DNA from: Eledone cirrhosa
Taxonomy: Eukaryota
NCBI GenBank assembly: GCA_964016885.1
Contig: OZ024758.1
Span: 11,966,001-12,030,000, forward strand
Direction of reading: 5' to 3'
Length of the DNA stretch: 64,000 nt
Below are positions 1 to 14,032 of the stretch, piece after piece; the first letter of the stretch is position 1; the number at the start of each line of letters is the position of its first letter. The notes under the pieces were generated by a model. It saw only the letters and a program-made list of their open reading frames with translations, made no database searches and was not told the origin of the DNA. The translations under genes were made by a program, and so were the position numbers.

Positions 1-475
1 TTTTTTAATATTTTATCTTGACTCTGTATTCCGTTTATCTTTCACCGAAAGTGATTTTTGAATGCATCTCTTCTTTCCATGATATCCGGATTACATTGAG
101 TTCTTCATACGGATTGGACACTACCGTAAAATTTTGGTAGATTTATCTATATATATATATATATTCCTACGCAAGAATCCAAACATGTTTAGGTTTCTAC
201 ATATAGCTAATTGATATCTTTCATCTTAAATGGGATTTATAACGAATATGGGATATTAAGATGTGGTAAATAACATGATATATTTCATGTGATTTTGAAA
301 TAGATGCTACCTTGTAGCTATATACTCTGAAGCAATCTCTGTGATGTACACCTCGTCTATGAAAGTTTGATATAAAACTGGAATGTCTGCAATTTAAGGA
401 AACGTTTCATAAATTTCATAAACATACTAACTACTGAAATATTACACTTTAATATTTTAATATAAAAAGCAATCA

Positions 476-491
476 AGAGAGAGAGAGAGAG

Positions 492-575
<84 letters not shown>
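476..575. repeat. (GA)n microsatellite
   Basis: Direct reading of the dinucleotide tract. Confidence 0.95.
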
Positions 576-578
<3 letters not shown>

Positions 579-823
579 TAGAAAATAAGTTTCAGACAGA
601 AATCTAAAAAACGAAAGATGTGAATAGAAAATGTTTTAGAGTTTAGTCAAAGAATTATGTTGGTATTTTGAGAAAATAGCTATTTGTTATATAGAATTGT
701 CTGGAATATATTTCAGCAGTTGATCATTGTTTGTGTTCCTGTGTAACTTAGAAGGAGGTCTTTATATGACAGCCATTCCATTAGAATTATATTGATTCCA
801 TGTATCATCCGGATTACTATAAC

Positions 824-1166
<343 letters not shown>

Positions 1167-1528
1167 TCTTTTTTTTTACGAATACAAAACAGATTATTTT
1201 TCAGAAAATATTTATCTTCTTTCGATGTTCCGAAAGAATATATCCTTATGTATTCCATTTCGATGAGCATAATAGAAATTATATATAACACATATATACA
1301 TATGCACCGACTCCATATATGCACAAACAAAAATTCGGTAATGTAATTTAGAAATATGCAGCTAACACAGCTTACCCTGTGCAACAATCACAAGAAGTGT
1401 GAATTCTTATATAAACATGTTCGTTTCGTTTTTAATACAACCAAGTTATCTTCAATATCTTATCAATATCTGGTGTCTTTTTTTCCAGTACAAACGTAAG
1501 CATTTACAAACAGAGAGAGAGAGAGAGG

Positions 1529-1605
<77 letters not shown>

Positions 1606-1679
1606 GAGTGAAATACTTTCCTAAACGTGATATGATGGATCATCAAGCAAAAAAAAAATAATAAATAAATAAATGCATT

Positions 1680-1948
1680 TGGCGATACTTCCACGAATTG
1701 AGATATCATAACTCAGAAATGTCTCACGAAAGAATCGGTGGACAGATTTCCCAAGCAAAGCCAGCCGACAGGAGACCCAGAGATAGACTCCTACGAAGAT
1801 GGATGGATAACATCCATGAACTTGGCTGGTCTCGCTTGGGGATGCAGCCGGATCATTTGGAGAAGGTTGCATCTGACAAGACCTGCTGGAAGCAGTGTTT
1901 GAGGACTCTGCTCGCATGACCCTTTCAGGAATAAGTGAGCGAAGAAGT
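1680..1948 (+). mobile_element. RTE-clade LINE 3' remnant
   Basis: Translation RRPRDRLLRRWMDNI...ASDKTCW resembles the RTE C-terminal GRPxxRWxDxI...AxDRxxW motif; short (GAA) tail; homologous inverted copy at about 24205-24415. Confidence 0.7.
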
Positions 1949-2023
1949 AGTAGATCATCAAGTGGCGATCTTTAAATCGTGTAGCGTCATTGTGTCACAC
2001 AGAATATCTTAGAAGTGTGAATA

Positions 2024-2208
2024 AATAATTGTTTCTACTTTTGGAACAAGGCCAGTAATTATCCCAGTACATTACTGGTACTTTATTTTATCGACCCCGT
2101 AAGGATGAAAGGCAAAGTTAACTTCGGCGGGATTTGAACTCACACCATAGAGGGCCATAACTCTTTGCTGCAAAGCATGGCGTCCGACCCTCTATCGATA
2201 CTGCCAAT
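2024..2208 (-). mobile_element. tRNA-derived SINE (main family; Nin-like central domain)
   Basis: Reverse complement has A box (TGGCAGTATCG), B box (GAGTTCAAATCC), central gcctttcatccttacggggtcgataaaataaagtaccag and tail gtagaaacaattat. Confidence 0.9.
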
Positions 2209-2226
2209 AATACGACACATTATATT

Positions 2227-2405
2227 GGCAATGGATTGGCAGTATCGGTAGAGGGTCGGACGCCATGCTTTCCAGCATAGTTACGTCCCTGAGTTCAAAT
2301 CCCGCCGAGGTTTAGTTTGCCTTTCATCTTACGGGGTCGATAAAATAAAGTACCAGTAATGCACTGGGTAATTGCTGGCCTTGTGCCTAAAGTAGAAACA
2401 ATTAT
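2227..2405 (+). mobile_element. tRNA-derived SINE (main family), head-to-head with the previous copy
   Basis: Same A box, B box, core and tail on the + strand. Confidence 0.9.
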
Positions 2406-3552
2406 ATTGCCCTTCAATTAGCAACATGTGGATACACCTCATCGCTTTTCTGTGCTAGCGTACACATGTCTGAAACGTTTCAAAACATTTTATATATCTT
2501 TGTATATGTAGGAGTGTGTGTATGTGGGGCTACTAGTAATCACCAGCCTCTTATTCTCTGGGCTAGTGAACATCTAAGAATAGATTAATCGATACATCCC
2601 TCCATGTTGATATGCTCCTTTCATCAACATGGAGTCGGTAATTGATCGTAATAATCATGGCAATAATTAAGATAATTAAGATAATTTTCATTATGACGAT
2701 AATGTTAATTATTATGATACAGAAAATGATGGCTATATTGACACGGAAGAAGATAATGGTTACATGAATGATAGTGTTAAAGATCACAGAAATGGTACTG
2801 GTGTCGATGATGATGATGAGGATGGTGGTGTTGATGATGATGATGGTTTTGACCATGAAGTGATTATGAGCTATGAAATAATACTTCTATAAAACGAAGA
2901 ATGTTTACAAACTTCCAGATATTGTGGATAAACGCTTTGGTTATTTGTAAATCATAATATACGTCTTTCAAAGGAAAGTTTTATAAATATATGCGGTACG
3001 AAATCAATAATTCCTCTCATTAGATTGCAGCACGACACAAATCCATGGAATAGAAATAAATATAAAAATAAAATAAAATATTAATAATAATAACCACTGA
3101 ATGCTTCTTCCTTGTTTTTTGTAAAATTTCAATTTCAATTACTAGCTAAGATATAGAGAAAAAATAAAGCACAACATACTTAATGATATCAAGCATGTTT
3201 CATAAAAATTAGGAAAAAAAGTATATTATAATTTTATGGAATCTTGGATCAGAAAATATGTTAGAGAGAAGCACAGAAGGAAGTGATGGAGCTAAATTGC
3301 CATAAATTTAATATCTAAATAACAATATAATGAGATATTTGCAATCTTAGGAATGTCGCCACAAATTTTAACATTCTACATAAGTAATTATGAGAGATTT
3401 TAGAAATGTTATAAACAAATATCAAAGAAAATGTTTTACAGAAACATATATATACATGGCCATACTCGCACTAACCCCTCACGGTAATATAATTGCATAC
3501 ACATCATCTACATTGTATCCATGATATATAGGTTTATGTCTCATTCATGTTC

Positions 3553-3595
<43 letters not shown>

Positions 3596-3599
<4 letters not shown>

Positions 3600-3800
3600 A
3601 ACCAGTAAGACCCCGTCGGCTGAGCTCAAGCCGTTTCGACGGCTAATTCTGGACTAAAATTTTAGTCCAGAATTAGCCGTCGAAACGGCTTGTGCTCAGC
3701 CGTCGGGGTCTTACCGGTTCCTATTACCCACTCTACTACCCCAAGTATTGAGTACTTTGGTGCGTTATGGTCCACCTGGTTCCTTACCACATTTCCTTCG

Positions 3801-3832
<32 letters not shown>

Positions 3833-3962
3833 CGAAGGAAATGTGGTAAGGAACTAGGTGGGCCATAACGCACCAAAGTACTCAATACTTAGGGTAGTAG
3901 AGTGGGTAATAGGAACGAGTAGGACCCCGACGGATGAGCTCAAGCCGTTTCGACGGCTAATT
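3596..3962. mobile_element. (TA)n-associated palindromic repeat family B (probable Penelope-like pLTR derivative)
   Basis: Two overlapping palindromes centred near 3660 and on the (TA)n at 3802-3830; homologues at 8601-8646, 31821-31932, 35791-35808 and 53911-54123. Confidence 0.7.
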
Positions 3963-4867
3963 AATATTTATATATGTGCATCAATATAATAATCTTGTGT
4001 ATCAGTTGGTGAGCGATGACAGCTGAATTATTTAAGTACAATGTCATTTGGTTCCTACGTTTAAATTGGAAAAGTTTGACTTTTAATAATTTTGAGTCAT
4101 GAGATTAACTATACTTTCATATTGTTGGTGTTTCCAGTATGGATCTGACCATTATCGAATGAAGCAATACTGGTGTTATCTGTCAGTACCACTGATTCAA
4201 ACTTGATTTCTTTAATCGCATATTTGGCTTCTAGGAACCAATTAACTCTTGTTTTCCATCATTGTTTCAAAGAAATACTATGGCTTAAGGAATTATTCAC
4301 AGATTGTAAATACATGCCAGAGAGAGAGAAGTACTGCCATGAAAATATACGTCTATGCAACTTTCTAGAGACAAAATGTGACTGAATGCATGGCTACATT
4401 TCAAGTCTAATAAGTGTCAGTCTAGCTACATAGCTCAATTATGGTAAGGTAATGGATCTGCAATATTTATCTACTCGTTCATATTAGTTTATATAATGTT
4501 GAGTCGAGAGCCTGTGACGTTTCGTGAACCAATATTTCTAAATGGCATTGTTTGGTTTCGTAAACATTTACACAGTACATGATTAACTTTGTTAGCCAAC
4601 CAACTATCTGCAAGCCTCAGTAACTGTGGATTTAAGACACAAGCAATGTTTTACTTAGACTATAGATTGGTGGTACGTAACAAGACAGGCAAATATTATT
4701 TACTTAAATGTATTTAGAAGGGCAGTGCATATTTTTACAGAAGTATACGGATTGATGAGCACCAAGAGCACAAATTTAGTGGCACAATGCTGCAACTGGA
4801 AATATGTAATAAATTGAGGTGAAATCCAACAGGTGCGTGTGTTTTATTGGCAGCATGACCCTCCCAA

Positions 4868-4947
<80 letters not shown>

Positions 4948-5222
4948 GTATATATATATACATATATTGTGTATATAAAGAGTTAGAGAGTGTGTGTGTG
5001 TTAGAGTGTATGTGTGTATGTATGTGTGTGTGTGAGAGAGGGAGAGGGGGCGGAGAGAAAGGTTTCATTATGGCATAGATTGCAGCTTTAGAAGTGAAGA
5101 AGAATGTTAAAGTAATTTTATCTTAACTCAAATATCTGACACATATATATATTTTTTCAATACAACATAATAGGTTATATGTACATATTATAATAAGCAA
5201 CACGTTATTTAAACATATACAT

Positions 5223-5262
<40 letters not shown>

Positions 5263-5737
5263 TTATGATTGTATACAATAAATATACTTAAGAAGATCTT
5301 TAAAAGGGGTGGAAATATTGTTTAACAAACAATAACAAAATGTTATCTAGAAGTATCGAACGGTTTTAATTTTCTTAGTATATATATATTTATTTATATA
5401 TAAATTTATGTTTCAGTGCATAAAAACTACTTTCATTCAGCACTAAATATTTCTGCAATTGGCATAAAAGTAACTAGTTATTATTGTAGTATTACTGAAG
5501 CAGAAGATGAAGAGAAAAACAAAATTACATCCTATGAAACAAATATCAAAATAATGAAATAATGTTATGCTGGCATAAATAATGCTTTTCTTAGAAGATA
5601 CTATTTATCTACGACACCAAGAAGAAATACAAGGAAATAATCAAAAAGCAATTTGAGTGTATGATATACTGAAAAATGTATTAATGTTTAATAAACATAT
5701 CGAATGAGTAAAATATTAATATATATATATATATATA

Positions 5738-5897
5738 GTAATAATGATAAATTTGAAGACTAAAATCAAAAGTGGGCTCGATAAGGATAAATACATATCA
5801 AATATATAAGAACCGCAGAGCAAATAGTTAAGTTTCAGAAGATCCCGTTAAGGGTGAAAGCAGCGATTCTTTGCTGAAACTTTAATCTGTTATTTTA

Positions 5898-5901
<4 letters not shown>
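5738..5901. mobile_element. (TA)n-associated repeat family A fragment with hammerhead-like motif
   Basis: Matches copies at 7995-8430, 14925-15450, 35010-35615 and 46476-46670; bounded by (TA)n on both sides. Confidence 0.75.
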
Positions 5902-5951
<50 letters not shown>

Positions 5952-6260
5952 GTGAGGTTTTTTTTTTTACAGAATGAAAAATAACACAAGTGAAAGTATA
6001 AAGAAAAAAGAAATCGAAAATGCAGCTGGAGTCTTATTTGGTTATATGTACCCATTCAGACCTGGAGAGGAGATGGGTTATTATATACATACATATATAT
6101 ATGGGTACATATATGCATACATATATATATACATATATACATATACATATATACACGTATATATATATATATGTATATATGTATATATATATATATATAT
6201 ATAATATACATGCATATGTATGTATATATATATATATATGTGTGTATATATGTATATATG

Positions 6261-6555
6261 TATTATGTCAGGTCACCAGTTGGTGCTACTGGTAACATGT
6301 ATCCCAGTACAACCTGTCTCATGGTCGGGTCGTTGGCGACTAAACTGGCAACCCCACCAAGGTTTCTTGGTGAGGAGGGTGACTTTGGACATCCTGCAGG
6401 ACTAAAAACAAGACCTGTCAAAAGGGCAAAGGAGCTCTTAAGAGTCAATGGCCATCCAAAATCACAGGGAGAGATGACCCCTTAGCCTTTGTCAAGGCAG
6501 AATTCTAGGAGAAGGAAAACTCTGATATAACACCTGCAACCCTGATGGTATCCAA
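6261..6555 (+). mobile_element. Probable RTE-type LINE 5' UTR fragment
   Basis: GC-richer block containing ctaggagaaggaaaactctga, recalled as typical of RTE 5' UTRs (not verified by search). Confidence 0.5.
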
Positions 6556-7499
6556 TGATGTTGACTTGTTCTTCTTTTTGGTAAATATCATCTTGGTTAA
6601 GAGAGTGGGACTGGCTTTGTGCAGTGCCTTTGCTCACTATAAAAGCTTCACGGCACAGGCATTGCTTTATATCTGGAGATATCTCTGCACTTGTCATCAC
6701 ATGATACCATGGGCCCAGCACTATGTGTCAATAATGGTCACAAGTGGGGTATCTGTGCCAGAGTTTTCAAGTCGCTGACTGGACTAAAAAGTCACACTCG
6801 TTCAGCGCATCGGTAGGGGTTCTCCTACATGGATATAAAGTAGTGGCCGTACTCGAAAACGAGTTGGCAGCCACCATATATATATATATATATGTATGTA
6901 TGTACCCATATATATATGTATGTATATAATAACCCATCTCCTCTCCAGGTCTGAATACAGCAGATTTCTTTCTGAGAAGGATAAAAAATGACAAAACAAA
7001 AGTGAGAAAGAGAAAGAGATATAGTGGAGGATATTCTTCACAGCCATTTTATCCAACTGGAGTTGATAAAAGACAAAGTTGACCACATGGAACTCCTTGG
7101 GTAAGTAGGAATGATAAATTTAGCATAACCATTATATAGCATAAACATTATATCATGGTTCTCAATAACGTGTATTTATATTTAGAAATGTGTCACTTAA
7201 TCTCTACAGATCATTTTATGGAGGTGGAAGACAATTTATGCATAGAAATTTAACACAACATTTAACACAACATTTCAAATTTCCAATAGATTTCAATGAC
7301 GTTGCTACAAGACGTAACAGAAATAGAAATATAAAAATGATAAAAATACTAATTATTATTTCTTCATATCTGTGGAAAATTTCGGGTAATATTTATTTCA
7401 TAAAACCATATTATTACTCACCTCCAACATACAATTGCTTCATATGTGAGGAAATAGAGAATGGAATGTGGATGTTTAACGTATATATGTTGTGAGTTA

Positions 7500-7552
<53 letters not shown>

Positions 7553-7767
7553 TGTCTGTATATGTTTATAAATATATATACAGAGAGATGTACTTCGTAT
7601 CTAATTATATAGGCACATATGTACCGGGACACATACGCACATGACACTTACTTACATACATATATACATACATATACACATAAATACGCCCACACACAGA
7701 AACACATATACAGTCGCCAGTAATTATATACACCAGCTTTACATACCTTTCTGTTTGCGCAAATATA

Positions 7768-7867
<100 letters not shown>

Positions 7868-7958
7868 TATATATATGTATGTATGTATATGTATATATAT
7901 ATATGTATTTATTTATATACATATTTTAACACATACACAAATATAAAGACATATATAA

Positions 7959-7994
<36 letters not shown>

Positions 7995-8166
7995 TTATTA
8001 AAATAAGAGATTAAAGTTTAAGCAAAGAATCGCTGCTTTCACCCTTAACGGGATTTTCTGAAACTAAAAAGGTCAATCTGTGAACGCAGAAGTAAATATT
8101 TGCTCTACGGTTCTTATATATTTGATATATATTTATCCTTATCGAGCCCTCTTTGGATATTATTAT

Positions 8167-8242
<76 letters not shown>

Positions 8243-8430
8243 ATAATAATAAATTTGAAGACTAAAATCCTAAGAAGGCTTGATAAGGATAAATATATAT
8301 CAAATATAAGAACCGTAGAGCAAATATTTACTTCTGCGTTCACAGATTGACCTTTTTAGTTTCAGAAAATCCCGTTAAGGGTGAAAGCAGCGATTCTTTG
8401 CTTAAACTTTAATCTCTTATTTTAATAAAT
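7995..8430. repeat. Fold-back inverted repeat of family A (about 175-bp arms) around (TA)n
   Basis: 7995-8170 is a near-perfect reverse complement of 8240-8430; the spacer is pure (TA)n. Confidence 0.9.
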
Positions 8431-8546
8431 ATATATATATATGTATATATATATATATGTCTTTATATATATGTCTTTATTTATATATATATATATATAT
8501 ATGTATCTGTGTATGTGTTAAAATATATATATAAATAAACACACGC

Positions 8547-8602
<56 letters not shown>

Positions 8603-8642
8603 CGAGATGGCTTGAGCTCTGCCGTCGGGGTCATACGTTTTT

Positions 8643-8711
<69 letters not shown>

Positions 8712-9035
8712 TTTGTATATGTGTTATAATTGTGTAACGACTCTATTGGTCTTATATTACTTAACTTGTGCATTTCTTTCATAAGCTGTGTCGGTATATC
8801 TACAAATGTGAGTATTAATATGTACATAGAGATGACGTCTTTTATCAGTAACTATATGACAACATGCTGTACAATTGTGCCTTAAAGGAGACGACTATTT
8901 TTTTCGATGATGGTGCCATTAGAACTATTCCTTCACAATTTAATGATAATTGATACTGTCGAAAATGATGAGAGTAATATGTCTTTTAATATTATTAAAT
9001 TCATCTCTCACTCTCTCTCTATATATATATGTATG

Positions 9036-9070
<35 letters not shown>

Positions 9071-9152
9071 ATATATATATATGTGTGTGTGTTTATATAT
9101 ATATATATATATATACATGTAAATATATATTTATATATATCTAAATATATAT

Positions 9153-9184
<32 letters not shown>

Positions 9185-9218
9185 TTATATATATTTATAT
9201 ATATACATATCTACCTAT

Positions 9219-9277
<59 letters not shown>

Positions 9278-9339
9278 CATATATATATACATATGTATAT
9301 ATTCATACTCATACACATATGGATATATATTTGTATGTA

Positions 9340-9413
<74 letters not shown>

Positions 9414-10976
9414 TATTATATACATGAATACATGTGTGTTATTTTATTCAGAAATTTTATCACTTGAATATTGTCTTTCATTAGTAACATCAAAGCAATA
9501 AGTAAAGATGGACAGGAGTTTTTGTTAAAGTAAAGTACTCACTAATAATATTTTAAGATGTGCTATTTGGAATTCTGTCAGTCTTTCATACTGAACTGCT
9601 TCTTTCATTAGCAAAAATATAATGAACATACTTAGGTATAATTTTGGGAATACATGCAATATGAAAAACCACATAAAGAATTAACACTTCATTTTATATG
9701 TTGATATTGTTATGTTTATGTCTTCTCACACTAATTACTATATGACTGAATGAATTGCATCCCTGCAATGAGGACAGCATGTTGCGTCTTATAATTGGCA
9801 GTTATTTTTATCAAATGGTTTTGCTTTCCCTAGCCATGGAAATTACTTCCAAATATACTTTGGTTAGTACTGAATCATAGTCTTCTCTACCTTTGATTTG
9901 ATGGTCCCCTGCTATAGATATAGAAATTCCAAATTATAGTATTTTACTATGTATTCTGGGATCCTGTATCTTCAGAATTAGACATAAGAATATGATGTAC
10001 ATTTTCAGTTAGTTGTTATTTTGTTCAGATATATTTAGTTGGTACTTTGAATAGATGGAAAGACTCGTGCAAAGACCTCTTACTGAGAAAATTCTGTAAA
10101 TATAATTGCACACGTTGTTAAAAGAATGCTTACTCATGTTTTATGAAGAATTAGATATGGAACCGTATGTTACCTTCCGATATTGAATAGATTGGTATTG
10201 TTAACGAAAATTTGATATGAAGTAAAAATTATATTTATTTCACATGGTCAAACTGTAATAAGGTTAGAACAGAAACCTTCATATTTTACATGGCAGCTGT
10301 GAAATTTGTTATTGAATGGCATTTGATTTATTTCAAGTTACGTATATCACCACTATTACAAAGCTTTTATCATTCGGCTATACATTTCAAGAAACGTTTG
10401 TAATTATAAAATAGATTTAAAAGTGATGCACCTTGTCAAGAGCCAAAGGGGAATAACCACAGCGATATTTACCACAGGAAAGCATATCTAACAGTGATTG
10501 TTTTGAAGTATTAGATTAAACCATACGTCTACTAAAATATGACATGATATAATATATATGTATCAGTTCAGTGTATGCTAATGTTATCACATTTAATGGA
10601 ATAAGTTATAAATAGATAATTAAAAATAATGTCATGGTGAAAAAACAATAGTTGTCTAAAGATATTGGTTGCCAGGAGATGAAGGGGGCCCACCTACATA
10701 TAGAATGCTATCATTTAATTAGAATAAATAATATTTTCGAAAAATACATAAGTGGAAACAGAACAGTGGAATCAAATGTTGGGGGAAAAATATCTTACCT
10801 TCTCCAATAAAAAATATTATGTATTTTGCGAAATCCAGAGACTTTCAATAATGACCAGAAGTCGACTCTAAATATTACTAATAGCTCTAGGAAAGCCATG
10901 AACGACACCACATCTTTTAAACTTTTATTTTGAAAGCAGGTTTATAATTATCAATTTTCATATTTCTTTTGTAACT

Positions 10977-11047
10977 GTCTTGGTGGCCTAGTTGGAGGAA
11001 TCATAGACGGTGGTGATACTGGTCTGAAGTTCGATCCTGGTCGGGAG
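10977..11047 (+). pseudogene. tRNA-like remnant or isolated SINE head
   Basis: A-box-like TGGCCTAGTTGG and B-box-like GTTCGATCC at tRNA spacing, with a T-run downstream; the cloverleaf is imperfect. Confidence 0.35.
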
Positions 11048-11454
11048 TTTGGTTCCCAGTGAACCTTTTCAGTTTTTTTCTATTGGTTGCAAAATAAAAA
11101 TTGAAAAAGATTACCTGTAGTTCTTAAACAGTATTGAAACCAAGGTAAGGATCTCCACCGTCTCTAGTGCCTACCATTAGGCCACAGAGACAGACTACGA
11201 AAATCTTATGAAAATTGATACTTATAAACCTACTTTCAAAATTTTCAAAACAACATGTTGTGGTGTCATTCATGTCTTTCTTAATGTTATTGCTCCTACT
11301 TAAGTACTTAAGGTCCACTTCCAAATCACTTGGATGTTCCATAAATCGTCGTTGTGTTTCTCATCTATCTAGACTATATTTTAACCTGTAATCCATGTTT
11401 TATTTCTGAACTAACTCACGGGAGACGCTGTAGAAAAAGATCTGCTTGAATCTT

Positions 11455-11572
11455 CATCGATAGATTCTCATTTAGGTATCAGTTCCCTGGAGGAATGGAA
11501 AGATTTGTTAGTGATTTATGGAGAGACTTTGTCAGGATTCGACTGTGGCCGTCATTGATGATGATGAAGAAG
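11455..11572 (+). mobile_element. Degraded LINE (RTE-like) 3' end
   Basis: LGISSLEEWK and, in a shifted frame, DLWRDFVR-like residues followed by a (GAT)n tail. Confidence 0.35.
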
Positions 11573-11588
11573 ATTATCTATATAATAT

Positions 11589-11771
11589 CGGTGAATTGGC
11601 AGTATCGGTAGAGGGTCAGACATGCTTTCCAGCTTAGTTACGTCCGTTTACGATCTGCGTTCAAATCCCGCCGAGGTTAACTTTGCCTTTCATCCATACT
11701 GGTCGATAAAATAAAGTACCAGTAATGTACTGAGTAATTGCTGGACATGTGCCAAAAGTAGAAACAATTAT
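11589..11771 (+). mobile_element. tRNA-derived SINE (main family)
   Basis: Full match to the family consensus seen elsewhere in the window. Confidence 0.9.
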
Positions 11772-12251
11772 CTATATTATATCTACCAGTACGTGAAACA
11801 AATCTGAACATATACTGATATAGACTGGCCACAACTTCGTATAATAATTCTCAGATTATTTGACGAAGTACTGAAAGAATATTTTCCAAAAGATTGTACA
11901 AGATTTCACAGTTATTTGGTTGCAAAAGTGTATTGACGCCATGATGGGGGGTGGGGAAGAATGGTCATCAAGAATTACCGACAATTAAAAATGCCGTGAG
12001 GAACATTTTGACACCCAAGTTATTTAATTAGTCTAATTGAAATAGAAGTAGTTCTTTTTTTTAAAGTGAAATAATAAACTTAAACGCAAAATAATTGCAA
12101 CATTATTTATTTCAATCATAATTGATTAATTAAAGTATAAATTTGTTAAAATAATTCTCTTTAAAATTAAATCAATTTGTTAACTCTAAACTGTACATTG
12201 TCAGACATGGAATTATGATCTACGAGGAAACTTATATTTCTGTCGTTATCC

Positions 12252-12355
<104 letters not shown>

Positions 12356-12559
12356 CATAATTATTGAGCGCTTGCCACACATCTCGGAAGTTGTTTTTCG
12401 CTAATTTCCAAAGCCGAAATACAATTCTCGCTAATTTATATTTATATATAAATATATATAGTTGGGAAGAACAAACAAACGCAGCAGTCAATTGTACATA
12501 GTTGTATTAGGTTCCCGCTTGGTGTGTGTGTATATATAGATATATATATATATATATAT

Positions 12560-12990
12560 ATATTAAGACAGGGGGGAAGAAAAAATGGCTTCACTTGTGC
12601 TTTCAACAAATTTATTTTCTTCACAAAATCCAAAAATAATTTTTCTTAAAAAAAATTATTTTATAAATTAAGTTGTTGGTTGTTGGTTAGGTCTTAGGAG
12701 TTCTTGGTTAACGTAGGAAGTATTGTTTCGTTTTTAGAAAGACGTTTCAGTTTGACAAGCGCACCTCAGCGTGAAAGGTCTTTCTAAAAACGAAACAATA
12801 CCTCCTACGTTAACCAAGAACTCCTAAGACCTCACCAACAACCAATAACTTAATTTATAAAATAATGTTTTTTAAGAAAAATTATTTTGGGATTTTGTGA
12901 AGAAAATAAATTTGTTGAAAGCACAAGTGAAGCCATTTTTTCTTCCCCCTGTCTTAATATACCTAACTGTACCAAGGATTACACACATTT

Positions 12991-13000
<10 letters not shown>
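12560..13000. repeat. Fold-back element with about 190-bp arms between two (TA)n tracts (family C)
   Basis: 12560-12749 pairs with about 12772-12960; its tail (12957-12997) recurs inverted at 16651-16691, also next to (TA)n. Confidence 0.85.
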
Positions 13001-13039
<39 letters not shown>

Positions 13040-14032
13040 GACCAATAAAGGTGTTTCCCTTTACGTTCTGAGTTCAGATCTCCATTGTATCATTGTCCAG
13101 TTTTAGGCTGTCATTTTTTTTTCTCTAAAACGTGGAGCCCAGGTTCCACTAAATCTTTATATCATTGACCTAACATAAGTTATAATTTGTTTTATTATAA
13201 TAACAGTCATGCGAGATCGATAAAATAAAGAACCAGTAATAAAGTGGCGTGAATTTAATCGACTTTCCCCTCCCTTCAAATTGCTGACATTGTGCCTATA
13301 TTAGAAATTATTGTAGCAGGTGTAAGTCAAAAGAAGTCTATCAACAGTGTGAGAAAAAAGTATGTACATTAGAGAGCAGGTCAAAATGTGTCTATTTACT
13401 TTACTATGAAAACTTTATCATCTACTTTTACACAATCTTAATAGAATAAGAAACTATTTTCAAATTGCCAACATATTGCAGTATTTTCTTCTTGTGAATT
13501 CCAAAAATAACGATATAACCCGATTATACTGCCGAAATCATAAGATTATTTTCCAATCTTTACTTTTACGCTTGGCCGAACCAACGTGACAAGCATTTCA
13601 GATAATTTAACCCTGCTTATCTCACATAATTCAATAAACACATGAGTGTATACACATACACAGACACACACACAAATACATCATACCCATACACATATAT
13701 ATGCACACACACACGTATAAACGCTCACACACACACAGATGCACATACATGCATTTTCAAAACACAATTGCTCATATATGAGAAAATGTGTATACATTTA
13801 TGTATGTATGGTATGTTTGTATGTATATACGTATGTATATATGCCCATGTTTTGTGTGAGGTCTTGTCTGCGTTGATGCATGTATGACGTGTATGTATTC
13901 TATATGTGTGTGTTCTTAATATATATGTGTCTATATATATATATATATATCTATATATATATATATATCAATGTAACTATTCAGTCATGTTTTATATGTA
14001 CATTTTAGTTCAAAGAATGTGTAGATCAATTC

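Noticed and set aside
2563-2856. 97-aa Ile-rich ORF
   Set aside because: Degenerate (GAT/ATC)n trinucleotide region.
11790-12020. Possible mariner transposase tail (WLQKCIDA)
   Set aside because: Only one short motif, with no TIR or continuous frame; too weak to call.
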